Assembly (NCBI GenBank): GCA_002269645.1
Contig: NIVC01000218.1
Location: 13,231 to 77,230, forward strand
Direction of reading: 5' to 3'
Length of the DNA: 64,000 bases
DNA from: Macrostomum lignano
Lineage: Eukaryota
Shown: positions 48,661 through 62,300 of the stretch, one piece after another
Position numbering within the stretch: the first letter of the stretch is position 1
How the letters are laid out: each line of letters begins with the position of its first letter
Made by a program: the position numbers and the translations under genes
The notes under the pieces: generated by a model
What the model was told of the DNA's origin: nothing
Seen by the model: only the letters and a program-made list of their open reading frames with translations
The model's database searches: none

Positions 48661-48850
48661 ATGCCGTTTGTACCCCCAACAAGAAAGATGCAGACCAACA
48701 TGAGCACAGTAGGAGGCGACGGACGCGAGGAGAAAGTGCTATCGGACAAGCGGAAGCTGATAGGCAGCGCTATTGGCGTGCTAATGCACGGCGCCATGGC
48801 TGCCACGGCCGATGTGGTTTTCGCTGCCAATTCATGCAGCAGCGTCACGG
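48661..48850 (+). CDS. Putative nested four-TM membrane protein, exon 1
   Basis: ATG at 48661 (alternatives downstream). Hydrophobic LIGSAIGVLMHGAMAATADVVFA, then an ACGG/GTGAGT donor in phase 1. Confidence 0.5.
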
Positions 48851-49029
48851 GTGAGTGACGGACAGCGATTGGTTCGAATTGAGAACACATTCTTGTACGA
48901 TTTAATAGAAAAATCTGTTTTAAGAAACAATTCTACAAAATGCCCTTGATTTTTCGTCCTACAAAATTACTAAGATGGACCAGGTTTAAGGGACATTCGA
49001 GAACCTTTAAAATTACTTCATTCAAGGCC

Positions 49030-49548
49030 AGGTGTCTTCCTTCGTAGCCAAATGCTTTCCTTCATAGCCAAATGTCTTCCTTTATAGCCAAATGCTTTCC
49101 TTCATAGCCAAATGTCTTCCTTCATAGCCAAATGCTTTCCTTCATAGCCAAATGTCTTCCTTCATAGCCAAATGCCTTCCCTCATAGCCAAATGTCTTCC
49201 ATTATAGCCAAATGTCTTCCATTATAGCCAAATGTCTTCCATTATAGCCAAATGCCTTCCCTCATAGCCAAATGTCTTCCTTCATAGCCAAATGTCTTCC
49301 TTCATAGCCAAAGTCTTTCTTCATAGCCAAATGTCTTCCATCATAGCCAAATGTCTTCCATCATAGCCAAATGTCTTCCTTCATAGCCAAATGTCTTCCT
49401 TCATAGCCAAATGTCTTCCATCATAGCCAAATACCTTCCTTCATAGCCAAATTTCTTCCTTCGTAGCAAAATGCCTTCCTCTGTAGCCAAATGCCTTCCT
49501 TCATAGCCAAATGCCTTCCTTCGTAGCCAAATGCCTTCCTTCGTAGCC
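49030..49548. repeat. Second array of the same 20-bp unit
   Basis: Same consensus and orientation as 47455-48110. Confidence 0.93.
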
Positions 49549-50714
49549 ATTAAATGAAGTCCAACAGAAGACCTTGAGCTCATTAAAATGGAGCCCTGGT
49601 TAACCAAATATGTTGACAAGCAAGCATCCATCAAGCATATTTCGCATTCTATAGCAAAATATCTAATACAGCCTTCAATATTTTCGCCCCCAGCAAGCCA
49701 TTAGCCATTAGCGGTGCTCATATTTGGCTACAATTTTCGGATATTGTATTCGTGAGAAAACGAATATTGATACTAATTATCTATACTCGTAGCTATGTTC
49801 AAGGAGACACGCAAATATCATTTGATAATATATAGTAGTATATGCCAAGCTATACTCGCCTGCCCAAAATTTACATCAGGAGTTAAAGCGAATCCCAAGC
49901 GCTATGAAAAAATGGTTGGTTGGTAGCAACTAGTTGCGACCACACTGCTAATGTGGGCCCAAATCGCATTACACTGTAGAAAGGAAATAAAGAATGGGAA
50001 ATATTTAAGAATTCTGCTCCATTCCCCGATCCGACGTTGATTTAATATTCATAATTAATAGATCCAACCAACTTATACGCACTAGAAAGTATATTTGCAT
50101 TAGATGAGGACTGGGAACCCCACGGTAAGTAATCGAACCGATTAACTAGATTTCAGCAATTGAGACTCGCTAATCATTTCAACTAGAACCACCGCCTTTG
50201 AAGTCTAAAAAAACTCTACTCTCTACTTTAGCACAATATTGCGCAGCAGCCCCCACACCACCTATTAGTTAGAATCGATTGAGAACTGAGAATCTGGTCT
50301 CGGTTTGTCTCTATGCAAGCAGCAAGCATCCTATAGGAATCCGTAAAGATAGAAACGAAAGCTGCAAAGGAGAGCCAGACAGCAGTTGCAGTTAGTAAGA
50401 TAAATAGCCCCTACGAGCGCACACTTCGTCAAGCAATGCTTTCTTATATGAGAGATGGCAGGGGAAGAAGAGCAGGCCGAGCATGTCCGGTTCGAGTAGA
50501 TTGGCTAATATACTAAATTGAGTAGCCTAGCCTAGCATTCACAGCCGGTCAGCCGTGAGGCAACGGACAGCATCCAGGCAGCATACAAAACTTGCTTTGT
50601 CTGACCAACGGCTGATGAGAGCAATGCACTCTTAATCTGTAGGCGTCTTTACTTTTGTTAACTAATCGGTCTGATGTCGTTCGTTTTGAATAGGAAATAG
50701 TTGTGACAAACTGA

Positions 50715-51340
50715 AAGATCTGGGGAGTATCAGTGACCCAGTGAATGATCCGGATAGTATCAGTGACCCAATGAAGGATCTGGGGAGTATCAGTGACCCA
50801 GTAAATGATCTGGAGAGTATCAGTGACCAAGTGAATGATCCGGACAGTATCAGTGACCCAATGAAGAATCTGGAGAGTACCAGTGACCCAGTGACTGATC
50901 TGGACAGTATCAGTGACCCAGTAAATGATTTGGAGAGTATCAGTGACCCAGTGACTGATCCGGACAGTATCAGTGACCCAATGAAGGATCTGGACAGTAT
51001 CAGTGACCCAGTGAATGATACGGACAGTATCAGTGACCCAATGAAGGATCTGGACAGTATCAGTGACCCAGTGAATGATACGGACAGTATCAGTGACCCA
51101 GTGAATGATACGGACAGTATCAGTGACCCAATGAAGGATCTGAAGAGTATCAGTGACCCAGTGAATGATCTGGAGAGTATCAGTGACCAAATGAAGGATC
51201 TGGAGAGTACCAGTGACCCAGTGACTGATCTGGACAGTATCAGTGACCCAGTGAATGATACGGACAGGATCAGTGACCCAATGAAGGATCTGAAGAGTAT
51301 CAGTGACCCAGTGAATGATCTGGAGAGTATCGGTGACCTG
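50715..51340. repeat. 30-bp minisatellite GTATCAGTGACCCAGTGAATGATCTGGAGA
   Basis: About 21 copies. Confidence 0.93.
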
Positions 51341-52712
51341 ACTGAAAAGTTCAGGATTTTTTACTCTGACGGCTAAGCGCAAAACCTTTTGCAAGCACTT
51401 TTTCGGTAGCCAAATAGCTAGGCTTATGAAATGAATAACAGCTGAAGGAGTACAGAAGCTGAGCCGGAGTTTAGTTGGAAATCACGGCCAGGTCTGATAG
51501 TGCCAAAATGAGGCTGCGTGGCCTTGCCAGGGGCTGGCGCGTGAGTCGGGGAAAGAGGAATTGCATAGCGCGCGATCGAGCGTAGCGTAAGCGAATTAGA
51601 ATTCGGCAACGCTGGGACTGTAAGCATTCAAGCGTTGGATCGGAAGGGTTTGAGAAAAATCCCATTAACTGTCCATCGCGGGCCTGAGTTAACACACCCC
51701 GGGAGGGGGGGGCACAAAGCTTTATTCATACTTTCAGACTTTTATTATAACTAATAGACTGAATAATTATGCGCAGTAGAATTAAAAATAGGGCCCAATA
51801 ACTTTAGAAGCCGCACGAGGCCAGTATTATTTTTCTATATTATAGTTTCCTCAAATTCCATTATGCGAAGCCACTCGCTCTCAATAGTTTTCGCCCCCCG
51901 CAACTTTCCGCACTGCCTAAGAATCCCATTATGCCCTTGTGCTGCAGCCGCGGTGCTTCTCTATGCTTTTGCAGTAGGAAAATATTCCAAGCTACATTTT
52001 AAGAAAAAGTCGTGTTCCCTCCTAACAACTGACGGACTGGACTTAAAGTGCAGACGGGCCTAACAACCAAGATGTTTATAAAAGTTTAGAAAAGAGTTCA
52101 CAAAAAGTGTCAAACCTTCGGGTTACTGCCTCCACCCGCCCCTCCCTTTTCCATGCCGACTGCTGCCTGTTGAAGCGACAGACAGAAGCAAGTAACCAAA
52201 ATGTAAGGAAAAATCTACCCCCTACCACAAAGCCAACTTAAACACGGAAATGCAATTTAAAATTGGCGTCGAAGGGCTAATTTGTTTGAGCGCCAGAGCG
52301 GTATTAGAGGACCCGGGCTCGAATCCCAGGAGTTAAGCTGCGCGAATAACAACCGTTAATGTCAATCTTAAAAGAGGATGCTAGAATGCTCAGGTGAGAC
52401 GGCACCCTCCTGACTTGCCACCCTCCGTAGGATTTAGATAATCCACATGTTGCACCGACAGTGACCGGAAGAAAAGCAGTTGCAGAAATTAATTATGATT
52501 TATTTTTAAACCGAATTTCTATAACAATATGGTTGAATACAAAGCATACGCTCGTATATCAGGTACCGTCACCAGCATCTAAATATCTCAATTCCATATG
52601 CCTATGTATAGTTCAGAACATGATATCTAATCCGAATCCTAATTTCTTCAATTCTTCAATTTTTTTCGATCCCAGATCCCATCCATCAAATATTAATCCA
52701 TAGTATCTAGAA

Positions 52713-53385
52713 GGCAGCTCAGCGGTAAAAACGCGATCGACTCAAGCGCTAGGACCCCTGGTTCGATTCAGTGCGCAAACATTCATTTGGGGCTTCTGTG
52801 CACGAAGTTTTGGGGTTGTCGTCCTATTTACAACCATGAAGGCCAACCCCCCAAGGCACAGAGAGCGTACATGCCTGACGATTAGAAAGTCAGGGCCTCT
52901 GTACAGCCTGTGAGCGTGTGTTTGAGTACGTGTCGGCGTACAGTATTGGCGCGCCTTTTTTGATTACGCCTTCTTCCCCAATTGGACCAGATGTGCAACC
53001 GACAACACAGCCGCAGCCATTGCGCGGCGCATCTGAAGGCTGCGTACGGCTGTTCAGTCCAAGGACTTTGGTCGCCACACACACCCTCAATTACCCCAGC
53101 TAATGCTGGCACCCATTTTACAGCTGGATGAACTGAAGCAATGCAGAGTCAAGTGTCTTGCTCAAGGGCACAAATTGTTCCAGTGGGATCGGGAATCGAA
53201 CCCCTGACCTTAATCGTGAGTCCGACGCTCTAACTACTGGGCTACAGCCCCTAACCACTATGGGGGGGCTTTTATGTGCTCAAGAGTCATTGTAAGTGGG
53301 ATAGGCAGAATTACCTCAGCGCTGGTTGTGGGACAGTGTCGCCGAAGGCATTGCGCCAGGGTGCCCACAAGCAGCCTACAACCAG
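52713..53385 (+). mobile_element. SINE family A interrupted by a family B SINE
   Basis: Head AGCTCAGCGG / GGTTCGATTC, body to about 52957, resumes about 53267. Confidence 0.72.
52960..53250 (-). mobile_element. tRNA-derived SINE family B with CORE-like domain
   Basis: TAGCCCAGTAG A box, GGTTCGATTCC B box, then GTGCCCTTGAGCAAGACACTT...CAGCTGTAAAATGGGT. Confidence 0.8.
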
Positions 53386-53427
53386 AGATAGGCCTAAATT
53401 TCCCCATTCCATCCCTCCCACACGCAG

Positions 53428-53738
53428 GCCTGGGTTTCGCTACGTGCGCAAGCAGCGCCCTGACCGCCGGACTAAGCGTGGCCCTGAGCTGCCTAAGCGG
53501 CCGACTGTTTCTCAATGCCCGTCTACAGCTGGGCGCGTGCGCAGCGCACGGCCTGGTGCTGGCCACCGGCCTGGCATTCGTATTGGCCAGTTTCCTAGCC
53601 CAGGTCGGCTCACACAGGCAATGCGTTGCTATGCTAGTTGGCTCAGCTGCTGTTAGCCTACTGGTCTGCCTGCCCAGCTGCATTGTGGCCGCGGCTGTGC
53701 TAGTCAGCTGGTACAGGGAGCGCGGAACGCTGGCCTAG
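53428..53738 (+). CDS. Putative nested four-TM membrane protein, exon 2 (three hydrophobic segments)
   Basis: Pyrimidine tract plus cacgcag acceptor in phase 1. GC-rich ORF GLGFATCASSALTAGLSVALSCL...GLVLATGLAFVLASFLA...AAVSLLVCLPSCIVAAAVLVSW, TAG at 53736. Confidence 0.6.
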
Positions 53739-54054
53739 CGCATCGGCTACTTTGAAAATGGCATTCGTTTATCATTGAAACTTTTACTGACACTCAAAAT
53801 GAGATTTGTTATTCAAGCAAATTGTATGCTTCGTATGCAATTCAGGGCTAAGTATCTGTTGTCTGGGTGGCTTGGCCATAGACTATAGACAATCAAGCCG
53901 AGGCCGAGATCTATGGTGCCGATCTCAGTTTGATTGTCCGAGTCGATTGTCTATGGTCAAATCATCCCAGTACCCATGCAGCCAGAAACAGAGTTACGTT
54001 AGGGCTGACTATTGATTAGAAATTGCTAAGACATTTTTTACCTGAAAGGGCTGC

Positions 54055-54140
54055 GGGCACCCTGACGCAACGCCTTCGGCGACATCATCCCACACACCAG
54101 CGCTGACGGCAATTCTGCCCATTCTGCTGACTTTTGAGCC
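54055..54140 (-). mobile_element. SINE family A 3' fragment
   Basis: CCTTCGGCGACATC...CCAGCGCTGA...AATTCTGCCCATT. Confidence 0.6.
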
Positions 54141-54664
54141 CTCATTTAATAATCTTGTTACGAATACTTTAAGCAAATTTTGCACGCCATGCCTCTATAT
54201 GAAGATCGCATATGTATTCTAATATTATGTATATATGTACTGTACCGCATCACACAGAGCTTTGTAGATTTGTTTGGCTGAGAGAATAATTTTTAAGTCA
54301 CACTCTGAAATCCTACTTGCAGTAGAATAGACGAAAAGTGTATTAAAATCTCTGCATGAAATTTGCTACTCAATTTGATTAGCGACAGTACTGCAAAACT
54401 TATGACATAGCATAATTAGCATAATATTTTCATGTAGGTATGCGGTATGTTCTTTTGATTTCTTTTTTAAATATGCTACTTTTTCAGGAGTGCGGCCACA
54501 AAGGCGTGCGCTCTGATACCTCCCCCCTCTGTGGCCACTCGTGACCGGAGCGAGGTGTATTTTGTTATTGTTTTTAAATGCCTAACTGATGACAGCTGAT
54601 AGAAAATCAATATTGACACTTTTCTTCAAAAATAAATTACCAAGTAGTAACTGTACTCTCTCAC

Positions 54665-54733
54665 CTGGCAGTTGGCAACTTCGCAGCCGGGATCCAGGAC
54701 GGACACAATATAACGAAAGTAGTTCTTTGCGTC
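54665..54733 (-). CDS. NRDC: Nardilysin-like short exon
   Basis: DAKNYFRYIVSVLDPGCEVANCQ aligns with ESMDFLKYVVDKL. gacag acceptor, CAG/GTGAGA donor, 69 nt, phase 0 to 0. Confidence 0.7.
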
Positions 54734-54929
54734 CTGTCAGCAGGGAAATAATTATAAGGAAAGCTCTTCTAAGCCGATCATAACACACAGAGTGGGAAAA
54801 TCAAACAAATAATCCAGTGCATATTGAGCTATGGAGTGGCTAATTCAATAAAAATGATGTGCTCATTATATATACCTGTTGTGGCTAACTAATTATGCAT
54901 ACGTGCTGTGCTAATTAAATTTACTTGTG

Positions 54930-55665
54930 GCCAATTCATTATAATTGATGTGGCTGGTTGAATATACCATTGTGGCTAATTAATATACCTGATGTGGCTG
55001 ATTAATATACCTGATGTGGCTGATTAATATACCTGATGTGGCTGATTAATATACCTGATGTGGCTGATTAATATACCATTGTGGCTGATTAATATACCTG
55101 ATGTGGCTGATTAATATACCTGTTGTGGCTGATTAATATACCTGATGTGGCTGATTAATATACCTGATGTGGCTGATTAATATACCTGATGTGGGTGATT
55201 AATATACCTGATCTGGTTGATTAATATACCTGATGTGGCTGATTAATATACCTGATGTGGCTGATTAATATACCTGATGTGGCTGATTAATATACCTGAT
55301 GTGGCTGATTAATATACCTGATGTGGCTGATTAATATACCTGATGTGGCTGATTAATATACCTGATGTGGCTGATTAATATACCTGATGTGGCTGATTAT
55401 TATACCTGATGTGGCTGATTAATATACCTGATGTGGCTGATTAATATACCTGATGTGGCTGATTAATATACCTGATGTGGCTGATTAATATACCTGATGT
55501 GGCTGATTAATATACCTGATGTGGCTGATTAATATACCTGATGTGGCTGATTAATATACCTGATGTGGCTAATTAATAATTAATATTGCCGTTTTAGCTG
55601 ATTAAATATACCCGTTATGTCTGACTGAATATACCTGATGTGGTTAGTAAATATGCCTGATGTGG
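54930..55665. repeat. 22-bp minisatellite GGCTGATTAATATACCTGATGT
   Basis: About 28 clean copies with degenerate flanks. Confidence 0.93.
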
Positions 55666-55751
55666 ATAGGACAAAAACACCTGTATTTGCCAGTATATAC
55701 CAAAAACACATGGCTGACAAATCTATCACAAGCATTTATTCATTAACCTAC

Positions 55752-55911
55752 CTCGGGTCCATGGTTGCCATGCACGTAGACTTTAATAGATAGCTTTGAT
55801 AGCAGTCGCTTGTGAAACTGGCCAACTTGGGCCAGGGTTAGCGACTCCAAGCAGGCCAGCTGATCGTTGCGCAGGTAGCGATCCCGTTCCAACAGGTACA
55901 GCCGCATCTCG
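55752..55911 (-). CDS. NRDC: Nardilysin-like exon
   Basis: EMRLYLLERDRY...LTLAQVGQFHKRLLSKLSIKVYVHGNHGPE, the M16 R..L.....L....F......L....L.HGN pattern. Phase 2 to 0. Confidence 0.88.
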
Positions 55912-56384
55912 CTGGTATAATGGAAAAGTACAAGAAAAACACACACGCTCAGTTTAGGCTACTTGCAGTAGTTAGATGCGACTCAACTGAACAACATTTT
56001 TATGCTACTTATTGCCGAAGCCATTAAATATATACATCCTGAGCCAAAAATAGGTATTTTTGATTAACTATTAAGCAGAACTGGGTCCAACAGAGGCAAA
56101 AAACAGCAGAACGATACACTCACAAATGCACAATTTCTTAGCTCTTCTACTTCAGTTGAGTTTATTGGCAACGGAGTTTTTATTGGCAACGGTTGGCCCA
56201 ATTCCACTGACACAGCAATCAAGCTGGGCCAGCAGCCCCGCCCAACAACAAACAATTAGCCATAAGCTATTGGAATCAAATCGCAAGTCGCTTTATTTAA
56301 GCTTGCTGATTGCTGAAATTCTGCAAGGTCTTGCTGCCCTTTCCTTGAAGAGAACTTTACCCCTGGCGTCCTATCAGTCCAACG

Positions 56385-58717
56385 CCCTTTCTCACCGGTG
56401 CCATTTCTCTCTGGTGCCATTTCTCTCTGGTCCCCTTTCTCTCTGGTCCCCTTTCTCACCGGTGCCCTTTCTCACCGGTGCCATTTCTCCCTGGTGCCAT
56501 TTCTCTCCGGTGCCAATTCTCTCTGGTGCCCTTTCTCTCCGGTGCCAATTCTCTCCGTTGCCATTTCTCTCCGGTGCCATCTCTCTCTGGTGCCATTTCT
56601 CACCGGTGCCCTTTCTCACCGGTGCCACTTCTCCACACCGCCAATTCCCTACATCGCCAATTCACTACACCGCAAATTCACTACACCGCCAATTCACTAC
56701 ATCGCCAATTCACTACATCGCCAATTCACTACACCGCCAATTCACTACATCACCAATTCACTACACCGCCAATTCACTACATCAAAAATTCACTACATCA
56801 CCAATTCACTACACCGCCAATTCACTACATCGCCAATTCACTACACCGCCAATTCACTACATCACCAATTCACTACATCACCAATTCACTACATCACCAA
56901 TTCACTACACCGCCAATTCACTACATCACCAATTCACTACATCACCAATTCACTACACCGCCAATTCACTACATCGCCAATTCACTACATCACCAATTCA
57001 CTACATCACCAATTCACTACACCGCCAATTCACTACATCACCAATTCACTACATCACCAATTCACTACACCGCCAATTCACTACATCACAAATTCACTAC
57101 ATCACCAATTCACTACATCACCAATTCACTACATCACCAATTCACTACATCGCCAATTCACTACACCGCCAATTCACTAAATCACCAATTCACTACACCG
57201 CCAATTTACTACATCACCAATTCACTACATCGCCAATTCACTACATCACCAATTCACTACATCACCAATTCACTACATCGCCAATTCACTACATCGCTAA
57301 TTCACTACACCGCCAATTCACTACATCACCAATTCACTACACCGCCAATTCACTACATCACCAATTCACTACATCACCAATTCACTACATCACCAATTCA
57401 CTACATCACCAATTCACTACATCGCCAATTCACTACACCGCCAATTCACTACATCACCAATTCACTACATCGCCAATTCACTACATCACCAATTCACTAC
57501 ATCGCCAATTCACTACATCGCCAATTCACTACATCACCAATTCACTACATCACCAATTCACTACACCGCCAATTCACTACACCGCCAATTCACTACATCA
57601 CCAATTCACTACACCGCCAATTCACTACATCACCAATTCACTACACCGCCAATTCACTACATCAAAAATTCACTACATCACCAATTCACTACATCACCAA
57701 TTCACTACATCACCAATTCACTACACCGCCAATTCACTACATCACCAATTCACTACACCGCCAATTCACTACATCACCAATTCACTACATCGCCAATTCA
57801 CTACACCGCCAATTCACTACATCACCAATTCACTACACCGCCAATTCACTACATCACCAATTCACTACATCACCAATTCACTACATCACCAATTCACTAC
57901 ATCGCCAATTCACTACATCACCAATTCACTACATCGCCAATTCAATACATCGCTAATTCACTACACCGCCAATTCACTACATCACCAATTCATTACACCG
58001 CCAATTCACTACATCACCAATTCACTACATCACCAATTCACTACATCACCAATTCACTACATCACCAATTCACTACATCGCCAATTCACTACATCACCAA
58101 TTCACTACATCGCCAATTCAATACATCGCTAATTCACTACACCGCCAATTCACTACATCACCAATTCATTACACCGCCAATTCACTACATCACCAATTCA
58201 CTACATCACCAATTCACTACATCACCAATTCACTACATCACCAATTCACTACATCACCAATTCACTACATCACCAATTCACTACATCGCCAATTCACTAC
58301 ATCACCAATTCACTACATCACCAATTCACTACATCGCCAATTCACTACATCACCAATTCACTACATCACCAATTTACTACATCACCAATTCACTACATCA
58401 CCAATTCACTACATCACCAATTCACTACATCGCCAATTCACTACATCACCAATTCACTACATCACCAATTCACTACATCGCCAATTCACTACATCACCAA
58501 TTCACTACATCACCAATTCACTACATCGCCAATTCACTACATCACCAATTCACTACATCACCAATTCACTACATCGCCAATTCACTACATCACCAATTCA
58601 CTACATCACCAATTCACTACATCACCAATTCACTACATCACCAATTCACTACATCACCAATTCACTACACCGTAAATTCACTACACCGCCAATTCACTAC
58701 ACCGCCAATTCACTACA
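56385..58717. repeat. Compound 16-bp satellite (CTCTCCGGTGCCATTT-like, then CACCAATTCACTACAT)
   Basis: Switch near 56635; about 130 copies of the second unit. Confidence 0.95.
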
Positions 58718-58749
58718 GCACCGAGTATATTGGGTTTCATAAAACTTAC

Positions 58750-58895
58750 GCTATAAGCCGGGCTGGAGTAAGCAGCGAATTCACCATCATCTTTCGCACC
58801 TCCTCTTTGGCTAATCCAAAGTTAAGCCGCTGATCCATCAAGCTGAGCATCTCGCCAAATTGCTTCAGCTTTCGCCCGATGGTCGCATAGAGATT
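58750..58895 (-). CDS. NRDC: Nardilysin-like exon; upstream exons lie beyond the window
   Basis: NLYATIGRKLKQFGE...KEEVRKMMVNSLLTPARLI(A) aligns with EQLKKTYFNILIKPETLA. ttcag acceptor, GTAAGT donor, phase 0 to 2. Confidence 0.8.
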
Positions 58896-59344
58896 CTGAA
58901 ATGAGTCGGCGAAGAACCGGAGTTGACAGTAGCGGCCTCACAAAAGGACTATATATAGTACATTTAGTAACTAAATAAAAATATAGCAGTAATAACAATG
59001 ACAAACGAAAACTTACTAATGATATTTCTAAGTCTAACTGATTTTGGCTTGCGTTCCTTATACTAGTAACTATGACAAAATAGTTTGTATGCTCGCTTGG
59101 CTAGCAACAAACAGTGAAAGCAACGAAAAAGTCTTAATAGCAGGCATAAGGTAGCACATGGCACGGGAATTGCATATTCATGAGGCCCCACAGTTAAACA
59201 GTGGAGAATACATTTAAACAGCTCTTTAATTTAGTGGAATTGGAAAGGTAAACAGCTGCAGGCCTTCTATTCATGCTGCTTCAGAAATACATGCTGCAAT
59301 ACAGTTTCATTCCAACCAGTGCATTCCAACCAGTGCATTCCAAT

Positions 59345-62300
59345 TACAGCTTCTCATTGTAGCCTTCAACACGAATCACTTACAAACAGCTTGTTATTGT
59401 AGCCTTCAACACGAATCACTTACAAACAGCTTGTCATTGTAGCCTTCAACACGAATCACTTACAAACAGCTTGTCATTGTAGCCTTCAACACGAATCACT
59501 TACAAACAGCTTGTCATTGTAGCCTTCAACACGAATCACTTACAAACAGCTTGTCATTGTAGCCTTCAACACGAATCACTTACAAACAGCTTGTCATTGT
59601 AGCCTTCAACACGAATCACTTACAAACAGCTTGTTATTGTAGCCTTCAACACGAATCACTTACAAACAGCTTGTTATTGTAGCCTTCAACACGAATCACT
59701 TACAAACAGCTTGTCATTGTAGCCTTCAACACGAATCACTTACAAACAGCTTGTCATTGTAGCCTTCAACACGAATCACTTACAAACAGCTTGTTATTGT
59801 AGCCTTCAACACGAATCACTTACAAACAGCTTGTCATTGTAGCCTTCAACACGAATCACTTACAAACAGCTTGTTATTGTAGCCTTCAACACGAATCACT
59901 TACAAACAGCTTGTTATTGTAGCCTTCAACACGAATCACTTACAAACAGCTTGTTATTGTAGCCTTCAACACGAATCACTTACAAACAGCTTGTTATTGT
60001 AGCCTTCAACACGAATCACTTACAAACAGCTTGTTATTGTAGCCTTCAACACGAATCACTTACAAACAGCTTGTCATTGTAGCCCTCAACACGAATCACT
60101 TACAAACAGCTTGTCATTGTAGCCTTCAACACGAATCACTTACAAACAGCTTGTTATTGTAGCCTTCAACACGAATCACTTACAAACAGCTTGTCATTGT
60201 AGCCTTCAACACGAATCACTTACAAACAGCTTGTCATTGTAGCCTTCAACACGAATCACTTACAAACAGCTTGTCATTGTAGCCTTCAACACGAATCACT
60301 TACAAACAGCTTGTCATTGTAGCCTTCAACACGAATCACTTACAAACAGCTTGTTATTGTAGCCTTCAACACGAATCACTTACAAACAGCTTGTTATTGT
60401 AGCCTTCAACACGAATCACTTACAAACAGCTTGTCATTGTAGCCTTCAACACGAATCACTTACAAACAGCTTGTCATTGTAGCCTTCAACACGAATCACT
60501 TACAAACAGCTTGTTATTGTAGCCTTCAACACGAATCACTTACAAACAGCTTGTCATTGTAGCCTTCAACACGAATCACTTACAAACAGCTTGTCATTGT
60601 AGCCTTCAACACGAATCACTTACAAACAGCTTGTCATTGTAGCCTTCAACACGAATCACTTACAAACAGCTTGTTATTGTAGCCTTCAACACGAATCACT
60701 TACAAACAGCTTGTTATTGTAGCCTTCAACACGAATCACTTACAAACAGCTTGTCATTGTAGCCTTCAACACGAATCACTTACAAACAGCTTGTTATTGT
60801 AGCCTTCAACACGAATCACTTACAAACAGCTTGTCATTGTAGCCTTCAACACGATCACTTACAAACAGCTTGTCATTGTAGCCTTCAACACGAATCACTT
60901 ACAAACAGCTTGTCATTGTAGCCTTCAACACGAATCACTTACAAACAGCTTGTCATTGTAGCCTTCAACACGAATCACTTACAAACAGCTTGTCATTGTA
61001 GCCTTCAACACGAATCACTTACAAACAGCTTGTCATTGTAGCCTTCAACACGAATCACTTACAAACAGCTTGTTATTGTAGCCTTCAACACGAATCACTT
61101 ACAAACAGCTTGTCATTGTAGCCTTCAACACGAATCACTTACAAACAGCTTGTCATTGTAGCCTTCAACACGAATCACTTACAAACAGCTTGTCATTGTA
61201 GCCCTCAACACGAATCACTTACAAACAGCTTGTCATTGTAGCCTTCAACACGAATCACTTACAAACAGCTTGTTATTGTAGCCTTCAACACGAATCACTT
61301 ACAAAAAGCTTGTCATTGTAGCCCTCAACACGAATCACTTACAAACAGCTTGTCATTGTAGCCTTCAACACGAATCACTTACAAACAGCTTGTCATTGTA
61401 GCCTTCAACACGAATCACTTACAAACAGCTTGTTATTGTAGCCTTCAACACGAATCACTTACAAACAGCTTGTCATTGTAGCCTTCAACACGAATCACTT
61501 ACAAACAGCTTGTTATTGTAGCCTTCAACACGAATCACTTACAAACAGCTTGTCATTGTAGCCTTCAACACGAATCACTTACAAACAGCTTGTCATTGTA
61601 GCCCTCAACACGAATCACTTACAAACAGCTTGTTATTGTAGCCTTCAACACGAATCACTTACAAACAGCTTGTCATTGTAGCCTTCAACACGAATCACTT
61701 ACAAACAGCTTGTCATTGTAGCCTTCAACACGAATCACTTACAAACAGCTTGTCATTGTAGCCTTCAACACGAATCACTTACAAACAGCTTGTCATTGTA
61801 GCCTTCAACACGAATCACTTACAAACAGCTTGTCATTGTAGCCTTCAACACGAATCACTTACAAACAGCTTGTCATTGTAGCCTTCAACACGAATCACTT
61901 ACAAACAGCTTGTCATTGTAGCCTTCAACACGGATCACTTACAAACAGCTTGTCATTGTAGCCTTCAACACGGATCACTTACAAACAGCTTGTCATTGTA
62001 GCCTTCAACACGAATCACTTACAAACAGCTTGTCATTGTAGCCTTCAACACGAATCACTTACAAACAGCTTGTCATTGTAGCCTTCAACACGGATCACTT
62101 ACAAACAGCTTGTCATTGTAGCCTTCAACACGAATCACTTACAAACAGCTTGTCATTGTAGCCTTCAACACGAATCACTTACAAACAGCTTGTCATTGTA
62201 GCCTTCAACACGAATCACTTACAAACAGCTTGTCATTGTAGCCTCAACACGAATCACTTACAAACAGCTTGTCATTGTAGCCTTCAACACGAATCACTTA

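Noticed and set aside
50549-51394. 281-aa and 211-aa repetitive ORFs on both strands
   Set aside because: A 30-bp unit (multiple of 3, no stop) explains both ORFs; no credible start or splice context.
52870-52900. Hammerhead-like CTGACGA...GAAA in SINE family A
   Set aside because: Only 3 nt separate the motifs (no stem II) and they form the loop of a simple CCTGAC/GTCAGG hairpin; several copies lack the motif.
56126-58132. 668-, 492- and 260-aa + strand ORFs
   Set aside because: Almost entirely a stop-poor 16-bp satellite read in rotating frames; the short unique N-terminus shows no recognisable family or splice support.
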